From contig NC_057719.1 of the NCBI RefSeq assembly GCF_004010195.1, forward strand, positions 29,549,244 to 29,613,243: a DNA stretch of 64,000 bases, given 5' to 3'. The notes under the pieces were generated by a model that was given only the letters and a program-made list of their open reading frames with translations, was not told the DNA's origin and searched no databases. Shown one piece after another: positions 51,185 to 64,000 of the stretch (positions are counted from its first letter, which is position 1; each line of letters starts with the position of its first letter). The translations under genes were made by a program, and so were the position numbers. Source of the stretch: Chiloscyllium plagiosum (taxonomy: Eukaryota).

Positions 51185-51547
51185 TGGGAGAACAAAAAAT
51201 TAGAAGACTTGTTAAATGGCAAGAGGCTGGGATATGTTTAACTTCAAAGGTACATGGATGTCTTAAGTTTATGAGTCACTGAAACTTATGTACAACAAGC
51301 AATTAAGAAGGCAAATTGATCTATAGTATGGAGGATTTGAGTCTCGTTGTATAAATGTCTAACTGCAATTGCATGGAGCTTTGCTGACGCCATAAGGAAA
51401 GATTGCATAGACTGGACCTATATCGTCTGGAGTTTAGAAAAGAGGGCGTGGTAGTGAGAGATGGGTGAATCTTTGGAACACTCTGACCTAGATGGCTGTG
51501 GAGGCTTAGTTTTGAGTATGTTCAAGGCTGCGGTTTGTACAGTTCTA
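51185..51547 (+). mobile_element. Highly degraded CR1 3' fragment
   Basis: Remnants of HESLK, AIKKAN and WNTL; interrupted at its end by the MITE. Confidence 0.6.
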
Positions 51548-51549
51548 TA

Positions 51550-52225
51550 CAGTGGAACCTCGATTATCCGAACGTGATGGGCGGGCACTATTTCGTTCGG
51601 ATAATCGATTATTCGGTTAATCGATTAAATGCCTTTCCTCTGGAGTTCGGAGTTTTTAAAGTCTGCTCCCCGTTCAGGAGATCGCAGCAGCACACAGCGT
51701 GCGAGGCCCTGCCCCCACCTCCACCCCGCCCCCGAGCAGCCCCCTGCCCCCAAAACTGTCTTTCACCGCTCCCAATCCCATCCGACACCTCCCCGGCCCC
51801 GAAAACTCCCCACCTCCAACACCCCCGCCCCAACCCCTTCTGGACTGGACACCAACAAGACTGCCTTTGTGGGGTAAGTCTCCAAATAGCATGTACACAT
51901 GCGCGCGCGCGCACGCACACACACACACACACACACACACCAACCTTTTGACAGGTTCCACCTTTGCCCTATACAGGACAATGTTGGAGAGATTATGTGG
52001 GGAAGGGGAGTTTAGGGTACATCCCTGTTTAGAACTCCAGGGGAAGTGTGGGGAGAGGGGGAGGTCAGTCATTTGGAGATGGTGCCTGTTTAATCACTGT
52101 AAACAAAAGACACGATCGCTGTTGGAAACACGTCTTTGATGTAATGTTTCCATCAGGACCTCAAGATCTCCTTTGGATAATCCGATTTTTGGATAATTGG
52201 TATTCAGATAATCGAGGTTCCTCTG
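51550..52225. mobile_element. Non-autonomous Tc1/mariner (Tigger/pogo-like) MITE, 676 bp
   Basis: TIRs CAGTGGAACCTCGATTATCCGAA and TTCAGATAATCGAGGTTCCTCTG (21/23 match), TA on both sides (51548-51549, 52226-52227), no transposase, internal (CG)n(CA)n. Confidence 0.92.
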
Positions 52226-52259
52226 TATTTAAAAACAAAGAATATGTGGATAAATGCAT

Positions 52260-52888
52260 GATGTGGGGGTGCCGGTGTTGGACTAGAGTGGACAAAGTCA
52301 AAAATCACACCGGATTATACTCAAACAGGTTTATTTGAAATTGCACGCTTTCAGAGCCCGTACGCGTTCCTTGGGCAGCTAGTGAGAGAGAATACATCTG
52401 ACACAGAATTTATAAGTAAAAGATCAAAGCATCATACAATTTATGCAAATATGTTGAATAAACCTACATGGCTATTAAGTCTTTAATCAGTTAGAATGGA
52501 GGTGCAGGTTTCGATTGATTAACATGTGAATCCCAGAATTTCTTTCAGGTCACCGCCCCAAGATAACTTCACGTTTTATCAAAATAAAGGTGACACCTCA
52601 GGTCAGACAATGCATTTTATGTGTGAGGTCATGTTTCAAGTTTGTTTGTATCTCAGCCTGGAGTTAGACTGGTTTTATTTGCAAAGTAGGAATTTATAAA
52701 ATGCCACATTGAGTGACTGTCAACAGATCTCGTGCTTTTTTGAACAAAATAGAACGTATCTGCAAATGCAAATTCACTACATAGAAGTAAATGTGTGTGT
52801 GTGTGCGTGTGAGTGACTGTCGACTGATCATGTGCTTTTTTGAAAATAGAATGTATCCGCACATGCAAATTCACTACATAGAAGTAAA

Positions 52889-52933
<45 letters not shown>

Positions 52934-53150
52934 CTGCGCGCGTGCTCTTGAGAGACTGAGTGTGAGAGAGTACATGTGAGAGAGCATGCAAGTGAGTGTG
53001 TGCGAGAACATGTGTGCACGAGTGTGAGGGGTTATATGCCTGTGACAGAATGTGAGTGCAAGTTTGTGTCGACGTTTGCATAACTTGTATGACTCTTTGA
53101 TCTTTTCCTTATAAATTCCAACCCGGTGTAATGTGACTTTTGACTTTGTG
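52260..53150. mobile_element. PLE-derived element (family C) with inverted ends, an internal duplication and microsatellites
   Basis: Start gacaaagtcaaaaatcacaccgg is inverted relative to end ccggtgtaatgtgactttttgactttgt. It shares termini with 5476-5640 and has a 100-bp tandem duplication at 52711-52910 and (TG)n(AG)n. Confidence 0.6.
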
Positions 53151-53583
53151 AAAATGCAGGAAGATTAGATTAAAATAGAAGATCGGACATAATCTTATTG
53201 AAAGATGGAGCAAGCTTGAAGGTCTGAATTATCTGTTCTTAGGTGTAATAAAAATGTTATTACTAGGTTGGAAGAAAGTAGTTAAAACAGCAAGTTCCGG
53301 GATTATTTAGTTCCATTAATTTTTCTTATTCATTCGCAGGACATGGGCATCACTGGTGAGGCCAGCATTTAATGTACATCTAAACTGCCCTCGAAAGGAT
53401 GACATCAATCACTTTCTTGGTAATGACATGGCCTGCTAGATGATTCTGGGTGTATTTAAGAGTCAACTACATTATTGTGGATCCGGAGTTACACTTGAAC
53501 CTCACATGACAAGGACATCAAGAAAGGGACATTAATAAACCAAATAGCTTATTTTACAAGTCTCCACTCCTGATACTAACATT

Positions 53584-56500
53584 AGAACATAGAACATAGA
53601 ACAATACAGCACAGAACAGGCCCTTTGGCCCTCAATGTTGCGTCGACCTGTGAACTATTCTCAGCTCGTCCCCCTACACTATCCCAAATTCATCCAAGTG
53701 CTTATCTAAGGATTGTTTAAATTGTGGAATGCCCTACATTAGCAGGTAGGGCATTCCACGCCCTCACCACTCTCTGTGTAAAGAACCTGCCTCTGACATC
53801 TGTCTTAAATCAATTACCCCTCAATTTGTAGTTATGCCCCCTTGTACACGCTGACGTCATCATCCTAGGAAAAAGACTTTCACTGTCTACCCGATCTAAT
53901 CCTCTGACCATCTTGTATGTCTCTATCAAATCCCCTCTTAGCCTTCTTCTTGCAATGAAAACATGTTCAAGTCTCTCAGCCTTTCCTCATAAGACCTTCC
54001 CTCCAGACCAGGCAACATCCTGGTAAATCTCCTCTGCACCTTTTCCAATGCTTCCACATCCTTCCCGAAATATGGGGACCAGAAATTTACACAATATTCC
54101 AAGTGTGGGCACACCAGCGTTGCAGCATGATATTGCGGTTCTAGAACTCAATCCCTCTACAATTGAGACCTAACACACCATATGCCTTCTTAATAGCACT
54201 ATACACCTGGGTGGCAACTTTCAGGGATTTATGTACATGGACTCCAAAATCCCTCTGCACATCCACACTACCAAGTATCTTTCCATCAACCCAGTACTCT
54301 GCCTTCCTGTTATTCTTCCCAAAGTGCATCACCTCACATTTAGCTGCATTGAACTCCATTTGCCACCTCTCAGCCCAATTCTGCAGTTTATCCAAGTCCC
54401 CCTGCAACCTGTAACATTTTTCCACACTGTCCACTACTCCACTGACTTTAGTGTCATCTGCAAATTTACTAATCCATCCACCTATGCCTGTGTCTAAGTC
54501 ATTTATAAAAGATGACAAACCGCAGTGGTCCCAAAACAGATCCTTTTGGCACACCACTAGTAACCGGACTCCAGGCTGAATATTTTCCATCAAACACCAC
54601 TCACTGCCTTCTTTCAGAAAGCCAGTTTCTAATCCAAACTGCTAAATCACCCTCAATTCCTCTGCATTTTCTCCAACAACCTACCATGTGGAACCTTATC
54701 AAAGGCTTGACTGAAGTCCATGTATACCACGTCAACTGCCCTACCCTCATCTACATGCTTGGTCACCTTCTCAAAAAACCCAATGAGGTTTGTGAGACAA
54801 GACCTGCCCCTGACGAAACCATGTTGACTATCTGAAATCAAATTGTTGCTTGCTAGATGATTATAAATCTTATCTCTTATAATCCTTTACAAAATCTTTC
54901 CTATAGCAGAAGGAAGGCTCACCAGTCTATAATTACCTGGGTCATCTCTACTGCCCTTCTTGAACAAGGGCACAACATTTGCAATCCTCCAGTCCTCTGG
55001 TACAAAACCTGCAGACAATGACGACTCAAATATCAAAGCCAAAAGCTCTACTATCTCCTCCCGAGTTTCCCAGAGAATCCTCTGATAAATCCCATCCGGC
55101 CCAGGGGACTTGTCTACTCTCACTCCTTCTAGAATTGATAACATCTGTTCGTAACTAACCTCGATCCTTTCTAGTCTAATATCTCATCCCTCATTCTGCT
55201 CCTCAGCAATATTCTCCTTTTCCTGAGTGAAAACCAATGAGAAATGTTCGTTTAGCACCTCTCCGATCTCCACAGGGTCCACACTCAACTTCCCACTTCT
55301 GTCTTTGATTGACCCTATTCCTACCCTAATCATCCTTTTATTCCTCACATACCTTTAGAAAGCTTTAGGGCTCTCCTTTATTCTATTTGCTAAAGACTGC
55401 TCGCGTCCTCTCTTTGCTCTTCTTAGCTCTCTCTTTAAATCCTTCCTAGCTGATCTGTAACTCTTCATCACCTCATCTGAACCATCTTGCCTCATCAGCA
55501 CATAAGTCTCCTTCTTCTTCGTAACAAGAGATGCAATTTCTGTAGTAAACCATGGTTCCTCTACCTTATCACTTCCTCCCTGCCTGACAAGGACTTACCG
55601 AAAAGGACGTGCAATATCTGTTCCTTAAACCAGCTCCACATTTCCATTGTCTGCATCCCCTGCATTTTGCTACTCCATTCTATGCATCCTAACTCTTGCC
55701 TAATCGCATTATAATTTCCCTTGCCCCATAGATAATTCTTGACCTGTGGCATGTACCTATCCCTTTCCATCGCTGAACTAAATGTAACTGAATTACAATC
55801 ATTCTCTCCAACGTGCTCACCTACAACTAAATCAAACACCTGGCCTGGTTCATTACCAAGCACCAGATCCAGTGTGGCCTCTCCTCTTGTCGGCCCTTCG
55901 ACATACTGTGTCAGGAAACCCTCCTGTACACATTGGACAAAAACTGATCCATCCGACATACTGGAGTTACAGCATTTCCAGTCAAGGTTGGGAAGTTGAA
56001 GTCTCCCATAATGACCATCCTGTTCCTTTCACTCCTACCCAGAATAATTTTGCTAATCCTCTCTTCCACCTCCCTGGAACTCTGCGGAGGCCGATAAAAA
56101 AACTCCAAGCAGTGTGACCTCTCCTCTCCTGTTTCTAACCTTCAGCCCACACTACCTCAGTAGACGAGTCCTCATCAAAAGTTCTCTCTGCCACCGTTAT
56201 ACTATCCTTGACTAACAAGGCCACGCCTCCCCCTCTTTTACCACCTCACCAGTTCTTAATGAAAGATCTAAACCCTGGCACCTGCAACATCCATTCCTCA
56301 CCCTGTTCTATCCATGTCTCCGAAATGGCCACAACATCGAAGTCCCAGGTGCCTATCCATGCTGCAAGCTCACCTACCTTATTTTGGATACTTCTGGCGT
56401 TGAAGTAAACACACTTCATACCAGCACATTCCTGTGACCTTGAAATCCTGTCCCTGACCTTCCTACTCTCATCCTCCTGTGCACTGCAACTACACCCCCA

Positions 56501-56739
56501 GTTCCCATCCCCCTACTGAGCTAGTTTAAACCTACCCAAATAGCACCAGCAAATTTCCCACCCAGGATATTAGTATCCCTCTGGTTCAAGTGAAGACCGT
56601 CCTGTTTGTACAAGTCCCACCTTCCCCAGAATGAGCCCCAATTATCCAAGAACCTGAAACCCTCCCTCCTGCACCATCCTTGCAGCCATGTGTTCAGCTG
56701 ATTTCTCTCCCTATTCCTTGCCTCGCTATCACGTGGCAC
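53584..56739 (-). mobile_element. Long CR1 LINE with (ATGTTCT)n tail, inserted into an older SINE/LINE-tail element (53325-53580 and 56743-56825)
   Basis: Collinear minus-strand ORFs 56521..56739 (ORF1 end), 55561..55959, 54887..55144, 54653..54841 and 54141..54593; ACATT on both flanks. Confidence 0.95.
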
Positions 56740-56809
56740 ATTCTATTCTAGATTTAACTAATTAACAGAAGTTAAATTCCCCAGCTTCTTTAGTGAGGTT
56801 TTAAATCCT

Positions 56810-56947
56810 GTGTCCAAATCATCATACTATTATTCAATAAGGGAATGAAGGATAAACCAGAAATGTCAGGCAAGTCAGTGTCCAAATCATCATACTATTA
56901 TTCAATAAGGGAATGAAGGATAAACCAGAAATGTCAGGCAAGTCAGT
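56810..56947. repeat. Perfect 68-bp tandem duplication
   Basis: GTGTCCAAATCATCATACT...GGCAAGTCA starts at 56810 and again at 56878 with no differences seen. Confidence 0.95.
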
Positions 56948-59195
56948 ACAACCACAGTGGTGGGGAAACTATCAGAAGCAATCCTAAGGAACAGAATTAA
57001 TGCAAACTTGGAGAGGTAGATATTAAGCAAGTCAGTATGGTTTTGTTAAGGGGAGGTCATTTCTGACCAACTTGATTTAAATTTTCAAAGGGGTAACCAG
57101 GCTGTAGATGAAGGTAATGCATTTAATGTAATCCATTTAGATGTCTGCAATTCCTTTGATGAGATCGAGCAAGGGAGAATTATAGTGAAGGTAAGAGCCC
57201 ATGGGATCCAAGGAAAGTGGTTAATTGGATCCAGAACTGGTGAGTGGCAAGAAGCAGATGGCGGTGGTTGAGGGGTGTTTTTGTGACTAGAAGCCAGTCT
57301 GTAGTGAGGTTCTGCATGAATCAGTATTGAGGCCTTTGCTGTTTGTGGTATATATAAACAACTTAGATTTGAATGTAGGAATATATTTAACAGATATTTG
57401 TTGGAACTTCAATTCTGTGACTGTGCACCTTGTAGATGGACTGCAGCAACTCACCAGAGCTCTTTTCATAGAACCTTCTAAACCCACAACCACTACCTCT
57501 CAGAAGGACAAACTTGAATGTAGCAAGTTTGCAGATCACCCCAAATTTGGAGGTGTAGTGGACAGCGAAGAAAGTTACCTCAGATTACAACGGGATCTTG
57601 GTTAGATAAGCCGACGGACTGAGGAGTGGCAGATGGAGTTTAACTTAGATAAATGTGAGGTGCTGCACTTTGGAAAGGCAAATTAGAGCAGGACTGATCC
57701 ACTTAATGATAAGGTAATGGGGAGTGTTGCTGAACAAGAGACCTTGGAGTGCAGGTTCATAGTTTCTTGAAAGTGGAGTTGCAGGTAGATGGGATAGTGA
57801 AGGTGGTGTTTTGTATGCTTTACTTTATTGGTCAGAACATTGAGTATAGGAGTTCGGAAGTCATGTTGTGGCTGCACAGGACATTGGTTAGGCCACTTTT
57901 GGAGTATTGTGGGCAATTCTGGTCTCCCTCCTATCAGAAGGATATTGTGAAACTTGAAAGGATTCAGAAAAGATTTACAAGGATGTTGCCAGGGTTGGAG
58001 GATTTGAGCTACAGGGAGAGACTGAACAGGCTGGGCCTATTTTCTGTGGAGCTTTGGAGGCTGAGGGGTGACCTTATAGAGGTTTGTAAAATCATGAGGG
58101 GCATGGAAAGGGTAAATAGACTAGGTCTTTTCCCTGGGGTGAGGGAGTCCAGAACTAGAGGGCATAGGTTTACTGTGAGAGGGGAAAGATTTAAAAGGGG
58201 CGTAAGGGGCAACCTTTTCATGCAGAGGGTGGTGTGTGCATGGAATGAGCTGCCAGTGGAAGTGGTGGAGGTTGGTACAATTACAACAATTAAAAGGATG
58301 GGTATATGAATAGAAAGTGTTTAGAGGGCTATGGGCCAAGTGCTGGCAAGTGGGACTAGATTGGGTTAGGCTATCTGGTTGACATGGATGAGTTGAACTG
58401 AAGGGTCTGTTCCCATGCTGGACATCTCTAGGACTCTATGATTCTAAATGTGAGGTGGCGCAAACAAGGAAGGTAATGCATGATGAACAGTAGGACATTG
58501 GGAAGCACAAAGGATCAGAAGAACTTGGTGTGCATATCCATTAATCTCTTAAGATAGCAGCATCAATAGATAAAGTGGTTAAGAAGGCACATGGGATATT
58601 TGCCTTTATGAGATAGAGCAGAGAGTTTAAGAGCAGAGAAGTTAGCTGGAACTCTATGAAATATTGGTTAGGCCACAGCTAGAATATTGTGTGCAGTTCT
58701 GGCATCCATATCTTAGGAGGGATGGAACTGCATTGATAAGGGTGTAGAAGAGATTTACCAGGATGTTGCCTTGGCTGCAAGTTTTAGATAGGAGGAGAGA
58801 CTGTTTACTCTGAAGTTGTTTTCCTTAGAGCAGAAGAGACTGGAGGAGGGTGGGTGGGGGTGCCATGATTGAGATGTTAAAAAAAAAAGAGTATGAGAGC
58901 CATAGGCAGGGTAGACAAGAAGAAACCTCTTTCTTGGTGGCGGGATCAATGACCAAGAGGGATGGATTTAAGGTAAGGTGAAGGAGGTTTAGAAGGGAAT
59001 CAAGGAAAATGGTTTTGACTGTTAGAGTGGTGGGAATTTGAAACTCACTGCCTGCAAGGGTGGTAGAAACCACCATAGCATTTAATAAGTATTTATATGT
59101 ATAGGATTAGATAGTTAGGTGATTATTTTTTGACCAGCCTCGATGGGTGATTCGATGGGGGTGAACAGTCTTTTTCTCTGCTGTAGATCTCTGTG
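56840..59195 (+). mobile_element. Composite CR1: older copy (56840-57378 and 58447-59195) with a younger 3' fragment (about 57524-58446) inside it
   Basis: The KCEV...LVRP-LEYC...WN motifs and 3' tails occur twice in series; the younger piece gives ORF 57749..58309. Confidence 0.88.
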
Positions 59196-59595
59196 ATTTT
59201 ATTATTGGATTGGGTCAGTGGATGACAATCCATGACTATAACTATCATGCTACTTTTCTCTACCAGTGTGGGAAGCTGATTTTCCTTATTGATGTATTCA
59301 CGGTTTATTATATAATTGTCCAGTTAGCTACTGAAATGCAACATCTGTTTGATATTGGAGTTAGAGCATTTACAATATTGAATGTTTACTCTTGTAGTTA
59401 ATAGGATTTAGTAATAATAAACACAGGAACATCAGAAAATTCCCAAATTAATGTTAATATATTTATTCATATACTATATAACTAATTGAACTAAAAGATT
59501 AGCCATTTTTAAACTTTAAATTTTGAACGGTTGTTTCAGTTAAGGAATAAGACGCACAGATCCCAATTTTCCTTCTAATTGGTAGTAAAGATGAC

Positions 59596-59648
59596 TGGCT
59601 GTGCTTTTCCAGCACCACACTCTTCAACTCTATAACTCACTTTCTCCT
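59596..59648 (+). mobile_element. Tiny PLE family B 3' remnant
   Basis: GCTGTGCTTTTCCAGCACCACACTC...CTCACTTTCTCC matches 2678-2740. Confidence 0.7.
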
Positions 59649-60232
59649 GGTCCTAAAGATTGTATTGTTACAAAATTCTCATATTAGAACTTATAGCTTT
59701 CTCTGCGAGCAATGAGTAGGTAACTAAAATGAGTCACTTATGAGTTGAAGTCATTTCTAGCAGATTAATAGTGGTAGCAAGGCTCTTGTGAGACATCTCA
59801 TCAAAAACCTTTCAAAGTGCACTCAAATCTTCCAGTTAGGATGAGAAATCCTTTTTCTGGCTCCAGTCAGACATAAGATTTCACATTTTTTTGATTTTTC
59901 TGAGTAACCTTCCGATGAAAGATCCTTCAGGATCAATTCAGTGCAGGAATCCTCAGCGGAAGCAGCAAAGACCATTTGCACAGAACTTAAAACTCCTTTT
60001 TATGGCCTTAGCCTACTTTTTTTGGTTTACTAGAGGCTTTGAATATTCCAAAGTTTCTTTGCAGAGCTACAAAGGCAGGAGTGTAAAGAGATAGGGCAGA
60101 TATGGCTGGTGGATAAAGTATTTAAAGGATCGGGTGAATAGGTAGGTTGGGGTTGAGGGGGATGTCAGTCTGGTTTGGGGCATTGTTCAGGCAGTTGTAG
60201 TGAGAGTTGGGATGTCAGTGAGAGTAAACTTT

Positions 60233-60570
60233 TTTTTCTTTATTCATTTGCATTGTTGACTATATTAGCATTAATTGCCCATTCCAAATTGCCCAGAAGG
60301 TAGTTAAGAGTCAACCATGTTGCTATAGGCCTGGAGTTACTTGGTAAGGATGGCTGGTTTCCTTCACTAGAAGTTATGAGTGAACCAAATGGGTTTCTAT
60401 GACAATCAACTGTGGTCACATGGTCACCACTAGGTCAGTTCTTTATTCCAGATGTTTATTGAATTCAAATGTTACCATCTGCCATAGTGGGATTCAAACC
60501 CACGTCCCCAGAGCATTAGCCTGTGATTTTGGCTTGTTAGCCCAATGGCATTGCCGTTACATTGCTTCTG
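60233..60570 (-). mobile_element. tRNA-derived SINE carrying the tail of the second LINE family
   Basis: Minus-strand head with GGGTTTGAATCCC and tail ...ATGGGCAATTAATGCT...AATGAATAAAG; related pieces at 29415-29490 and 53325-53580. Confidence 0.65.
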
Positions 60571-60691
60571 ATTTATCCTTCCCCTCTTGAAAAAGGGCTT
60601 ATCTGATGTTCTTTGTTACTGACAGTAGAGAGAGGTGGAAAATATTCAATCTTTTGCTAGATGAATCATAAGGAAAAGATTTAGTTGACTA

Positions 60692-60946
<255 letters not shown>

Positions 60947-61494
60947 TCAGTTGGTCTCTAGGAGGTACACAAGAGAACCATAGAACACACCTGATAATGA
61001 AGAAAAATATCTATGACTTGTATTTCAGTAATAAGAAGATTAGTTTCCTAGTTTATTTTTCTGTGAAATACCCATTCCCTGTGAAGAACATCACAAAGCA
61101 TGAGTGCAGACCTGTTTTATAGCATCCTATTTTGGTAACTCTAGCATTTTAAACGCTAACCTTGGGATTACAGAGTTACCTCTGAAACTGCAATAGAAGA
61201 GGACCTATAGGTGAGAGATGGAGCTTCCTACCACATTTTTCAGTTGGATTGTTGGCTGCCTGTTTCAATACAGAGTTGCCCACCCAGAAGGAAATGCCGA
61301 TACAACTTGGAAATTATAGAACCCAGCCAAAATTGTCTTGAATATCTTAACATGGAACTCCAGTTCAGACCATACTGTTGCTGTCATTTCCAATTTTTAC
61401 CATTTTTAAAATTTTTATTTCTTCTCGGTAAGAAAATGGCTTCACAATTGCCCTCTGAATTTCCAACTTCAGTTTTCATAGTAACCCCTGAACA

Positions 61495-61815
61495 CGTCAA
61501 AGATGATTAAAAACAGTGTAAACACAGAAAAGATGTTCCCAATGACTGGAGAGTTCAGAACCAAGGGTCGCAATCTAAGGATATAGAATAGACCACTTAG
61601 GATTGAGAGTGGTGAGCCCATGGAATTCTCTGCCACAGAAAGCAGTAAACATTTTGAATGTTTTCAAGAAGGAGTTAGATAGAGTTCTTAGTGCTGAAGT
61701 GATCAAAGGCTATGGGAAGAAAACAGCAGGGTTCTAGAACCATGACTATAATGAAAAGCAAAGCAAGCCGATGTGCTGAATGATCTATTCCCACTCCGAA
61801 TTTCTATGTTGCTAT
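61495..61815 (+). mobile_element. Degraded CR1 3' end
   Basis: SRTKG--L-I, WNSLPQ and FKKELD motifs, with tail TTTCTATGTTGCTATG. Confidence 0.75.
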
Positions 61816-62509
61816 GAAGAATTTTTAAAAAAATTGTCCCTGGTTCCTGAGGAATTTTGTTTTATTAGTAGCAAGAAAGTGCAAATTCTAGATCTTCACT
61901 ACATAGCTGTTATTTCCATTTCATCAATGTTATGTCCTACTAGAGGGCAGTTCTACAGACCAATTTAATTGCTTAGGATAGGAAATTCTGGCAATCTTGG
62001 GGCTGGACATGCTGCTAGAAAAAAATATACCTGTGGCATTCAGTGGATAGCAGTTAACATGATCAGTATTATAAGTACACTAAAATGATTAAAGGATATT
62101 TAATTGCACCTGCCTATGAATTTTGATTAGCGCCTATTTACCATTGAAATAGGGTCATTCAGCACAGAAGACTCCCTTTGGCCCATTGACCTATCTATAT
62201 TAAACCCTTTTTCCAGCATTTGGCCCATGCCTTGAATGTTATGACATTGAGTGTCCAAATACTGCAACAATATGTTCTAACTTAATGCATATGTTGATCA
62301 GTCCAGTGTAATGATAGTTACAGTAAAGATGGCTAAACACAAAGTGTTGTACGTAATTTACGTACCTTAGATAAATAAATATACTGACTCAAATATGGAA
62401 CAGAAGTGACTGGGTAGTATATCAACATCACTATTTATAACTTGATTTTTTTTCAAAATCTTGCAGTAAATTATCTAAATAGAGAAAAAAATATTTTTAG
62501 AAGACTCAC

Positions 62510-62618
62510 TTTGACACGAGGGAGATAGACAAGACCACTGAAGGATGTAAGATTGTTGCGTTCCAAATTGATTCTTTGTAAACGTCCAAATTTCTCAGAA
62601 GGTCCAAGATCTACAGAT
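62510..62618 (-). CDS. LRRC9: LRRC9 internal coding exon (first in window): SVDLGPSEKFGRLQRINLERNNLTSFSGLVYLPRVK
   Basis: Acceptor cttcttaacAG and donor GTgagt; 109 bp, phase 2 to 0. The peptide has an LRR pattern (LxxINLExNNLT) and matches my recollection of vertebrate LRRC9 (NNLTSFSGLIYLPNVK). Confidence 0.93.
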
Positions 62619-64000
62619 CTGTTAAGAAGTATAAGTAATTGACACTAAATAATGATACTTATGCATTTGCTATTGCAACTGTTGCTACTTTTTAACTTTT
62701 CAATTAAATCTTTGTATTTCTTAATATTTGATGAAATGATCACAGGATTACAAGAGAAATAGGCCTTTATATCCAATTAATCCATGTTGGTGTTAATGTT
62801 CTGTATTAACAACTTTGCTAATCTCATGCATCCATCTTGTTTCCATATTCTTTTATTTTCATTTCCTTCAATGTATGAAAATAACATATTTAATGTTGTA
62901 GCAATAATGGCCAATTAAAGGGTGAATGCTGTAAGACTTCAGATCAACCCATTTCCTATTTTTACCTGTATGTTAAACCCCTTTCATAACTGTTCACAAT
63001 TTTTTAGTCATAATTATTTGTAGTCTTAGTAACTTGGGTGTTAGTTTTTATTACTGATTTGTCATAGCATTTGTAAGTATATACTCAATTGTAGAGGGCT
63101 TTTGACAATACTGCTTGCAGTGGACAGACAAAGTGCTGTTGAAAGGAAGAGGGCAATAATGACAGAAGTCATTTACAAACAGATGGACAAGAAGTAAAAC
63201 AATGTCTTATTTCTGATTTGAACACTTGCAAAAACATGTTTTTTTCATCTTGACCTGATAAGATAAAAACTAATAATATTCCTATTTAAGAATGCGTTGG
63301 ATAAGAAGGGCTGAAGTTGTTTGTTCTAATCAGGAATGAAAATTGTAAGATCTAGTTTAGAAGCAATGTACCTTTGTTTTGCAATCTTGTACATCGCCTA
63401 TTAATTTAAATGCACGGTACCTTTATTTTCTTTTGCACATCTATTTTACATCTGCAGTCAAGTTCTACATTCAAGGTGTAATTTTTGTGTAACCATATTG
63501 CTGGAATACTGCATAGCCTAGCACCTTAGGGAGCAGTAGTTCAGAATCCTACTTCTTCAGCAAAGATAGCAAGGTCATTGAACCTCTAAGCATTAATCTG
63601 CTGACTGGCCACCTGTCTTCAATGGTTCACTGCTAACAGCACTTCAAAATTTCTAGACCGATTCCATCAGGGCCCTCTGTGCTGTATCTGAAAATCTTAG
63701 GCTCTCACAACAGTTGTTTCAGGCATGTCTGAATTTACAATGGTGCTTTATCTTGTCAATCAACAAATGTTTGACACGCCCTTAAGTGGAAATAAGCTGC
63801 CTGTAAAGGGAATCATAGGTAAGTCATTGTCAGACTCCAGTTAGGCAAGTTGCCAATGAACCATGTAAGAAGTATTGGCAACCTGACTATTCAATATTAA
63901 TGACACAAGGCCTAACTTTATACTTTATGGTGGTAATGTGTTCAGGTGCAGGCTGAGTATGCAGTGCCAGTTCTAAACTTCAAAATGTCTTACGTATCAT

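Noticed and set aside
51535..52139. Cluster of overlapping 70-146 aa ORFs
   Set aside because: A by-product of GC-rich, low-complexity MITE interior and microsatellite; no transposase motifs.
52711..52935. Repeat-spacer or CRISPR-like array
   Set aside because: Only two diverged 100-bp units plus (TG)n(AG)n inside a repeat; no unique spacers, and the context is eukaryotic.

Overview
This window is repeat-rich vertebrate genomic DNA, very probably from a cartilaginous fish (HE1-type V-SINEs and their partner CR1 LINEs are typical of sharks). It is not prokaryotic, and almost all ORFs in the supplied track are retroelement debris. The one host gene is the 3' part of LRRC9 on the minus strand. 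Nine GT-AG exons between 62618 and 16389 splice in consistent phase into 395 codons plus a TGA stop; upstream exons lie beyond the window end. A roughly 4 kb TE-free, AT-rich stretch (about 12950-17050) holds the last exon, the 3' UTR and a candidate promoter/non-coding first exon of the next gene (PCNX4 by recalled synteny, inference only). The rest is layered transposable elements: many CR1 LINEs, Penelope-like elements (PLEs) of at least three families, Rex1/Babar LINEs, V-SINEs, a Deu-type SINE, a Tigger/pogo-like MITE and a Harbinger-like Myb remnant. The most notable signal is a set of minimal hammerhead ribozyme motifs at PLE ends, including very short TSD-flanked ribozyme-only insertions and a back-to-back double-hammerhead palindrome inside an LRRC9 intron. 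There is also a PLE with tandem and inverted terminal repeats whose RT core has been replaced by a second PLE family. Assembly gaps lie at 162-223 and 10129-10435.
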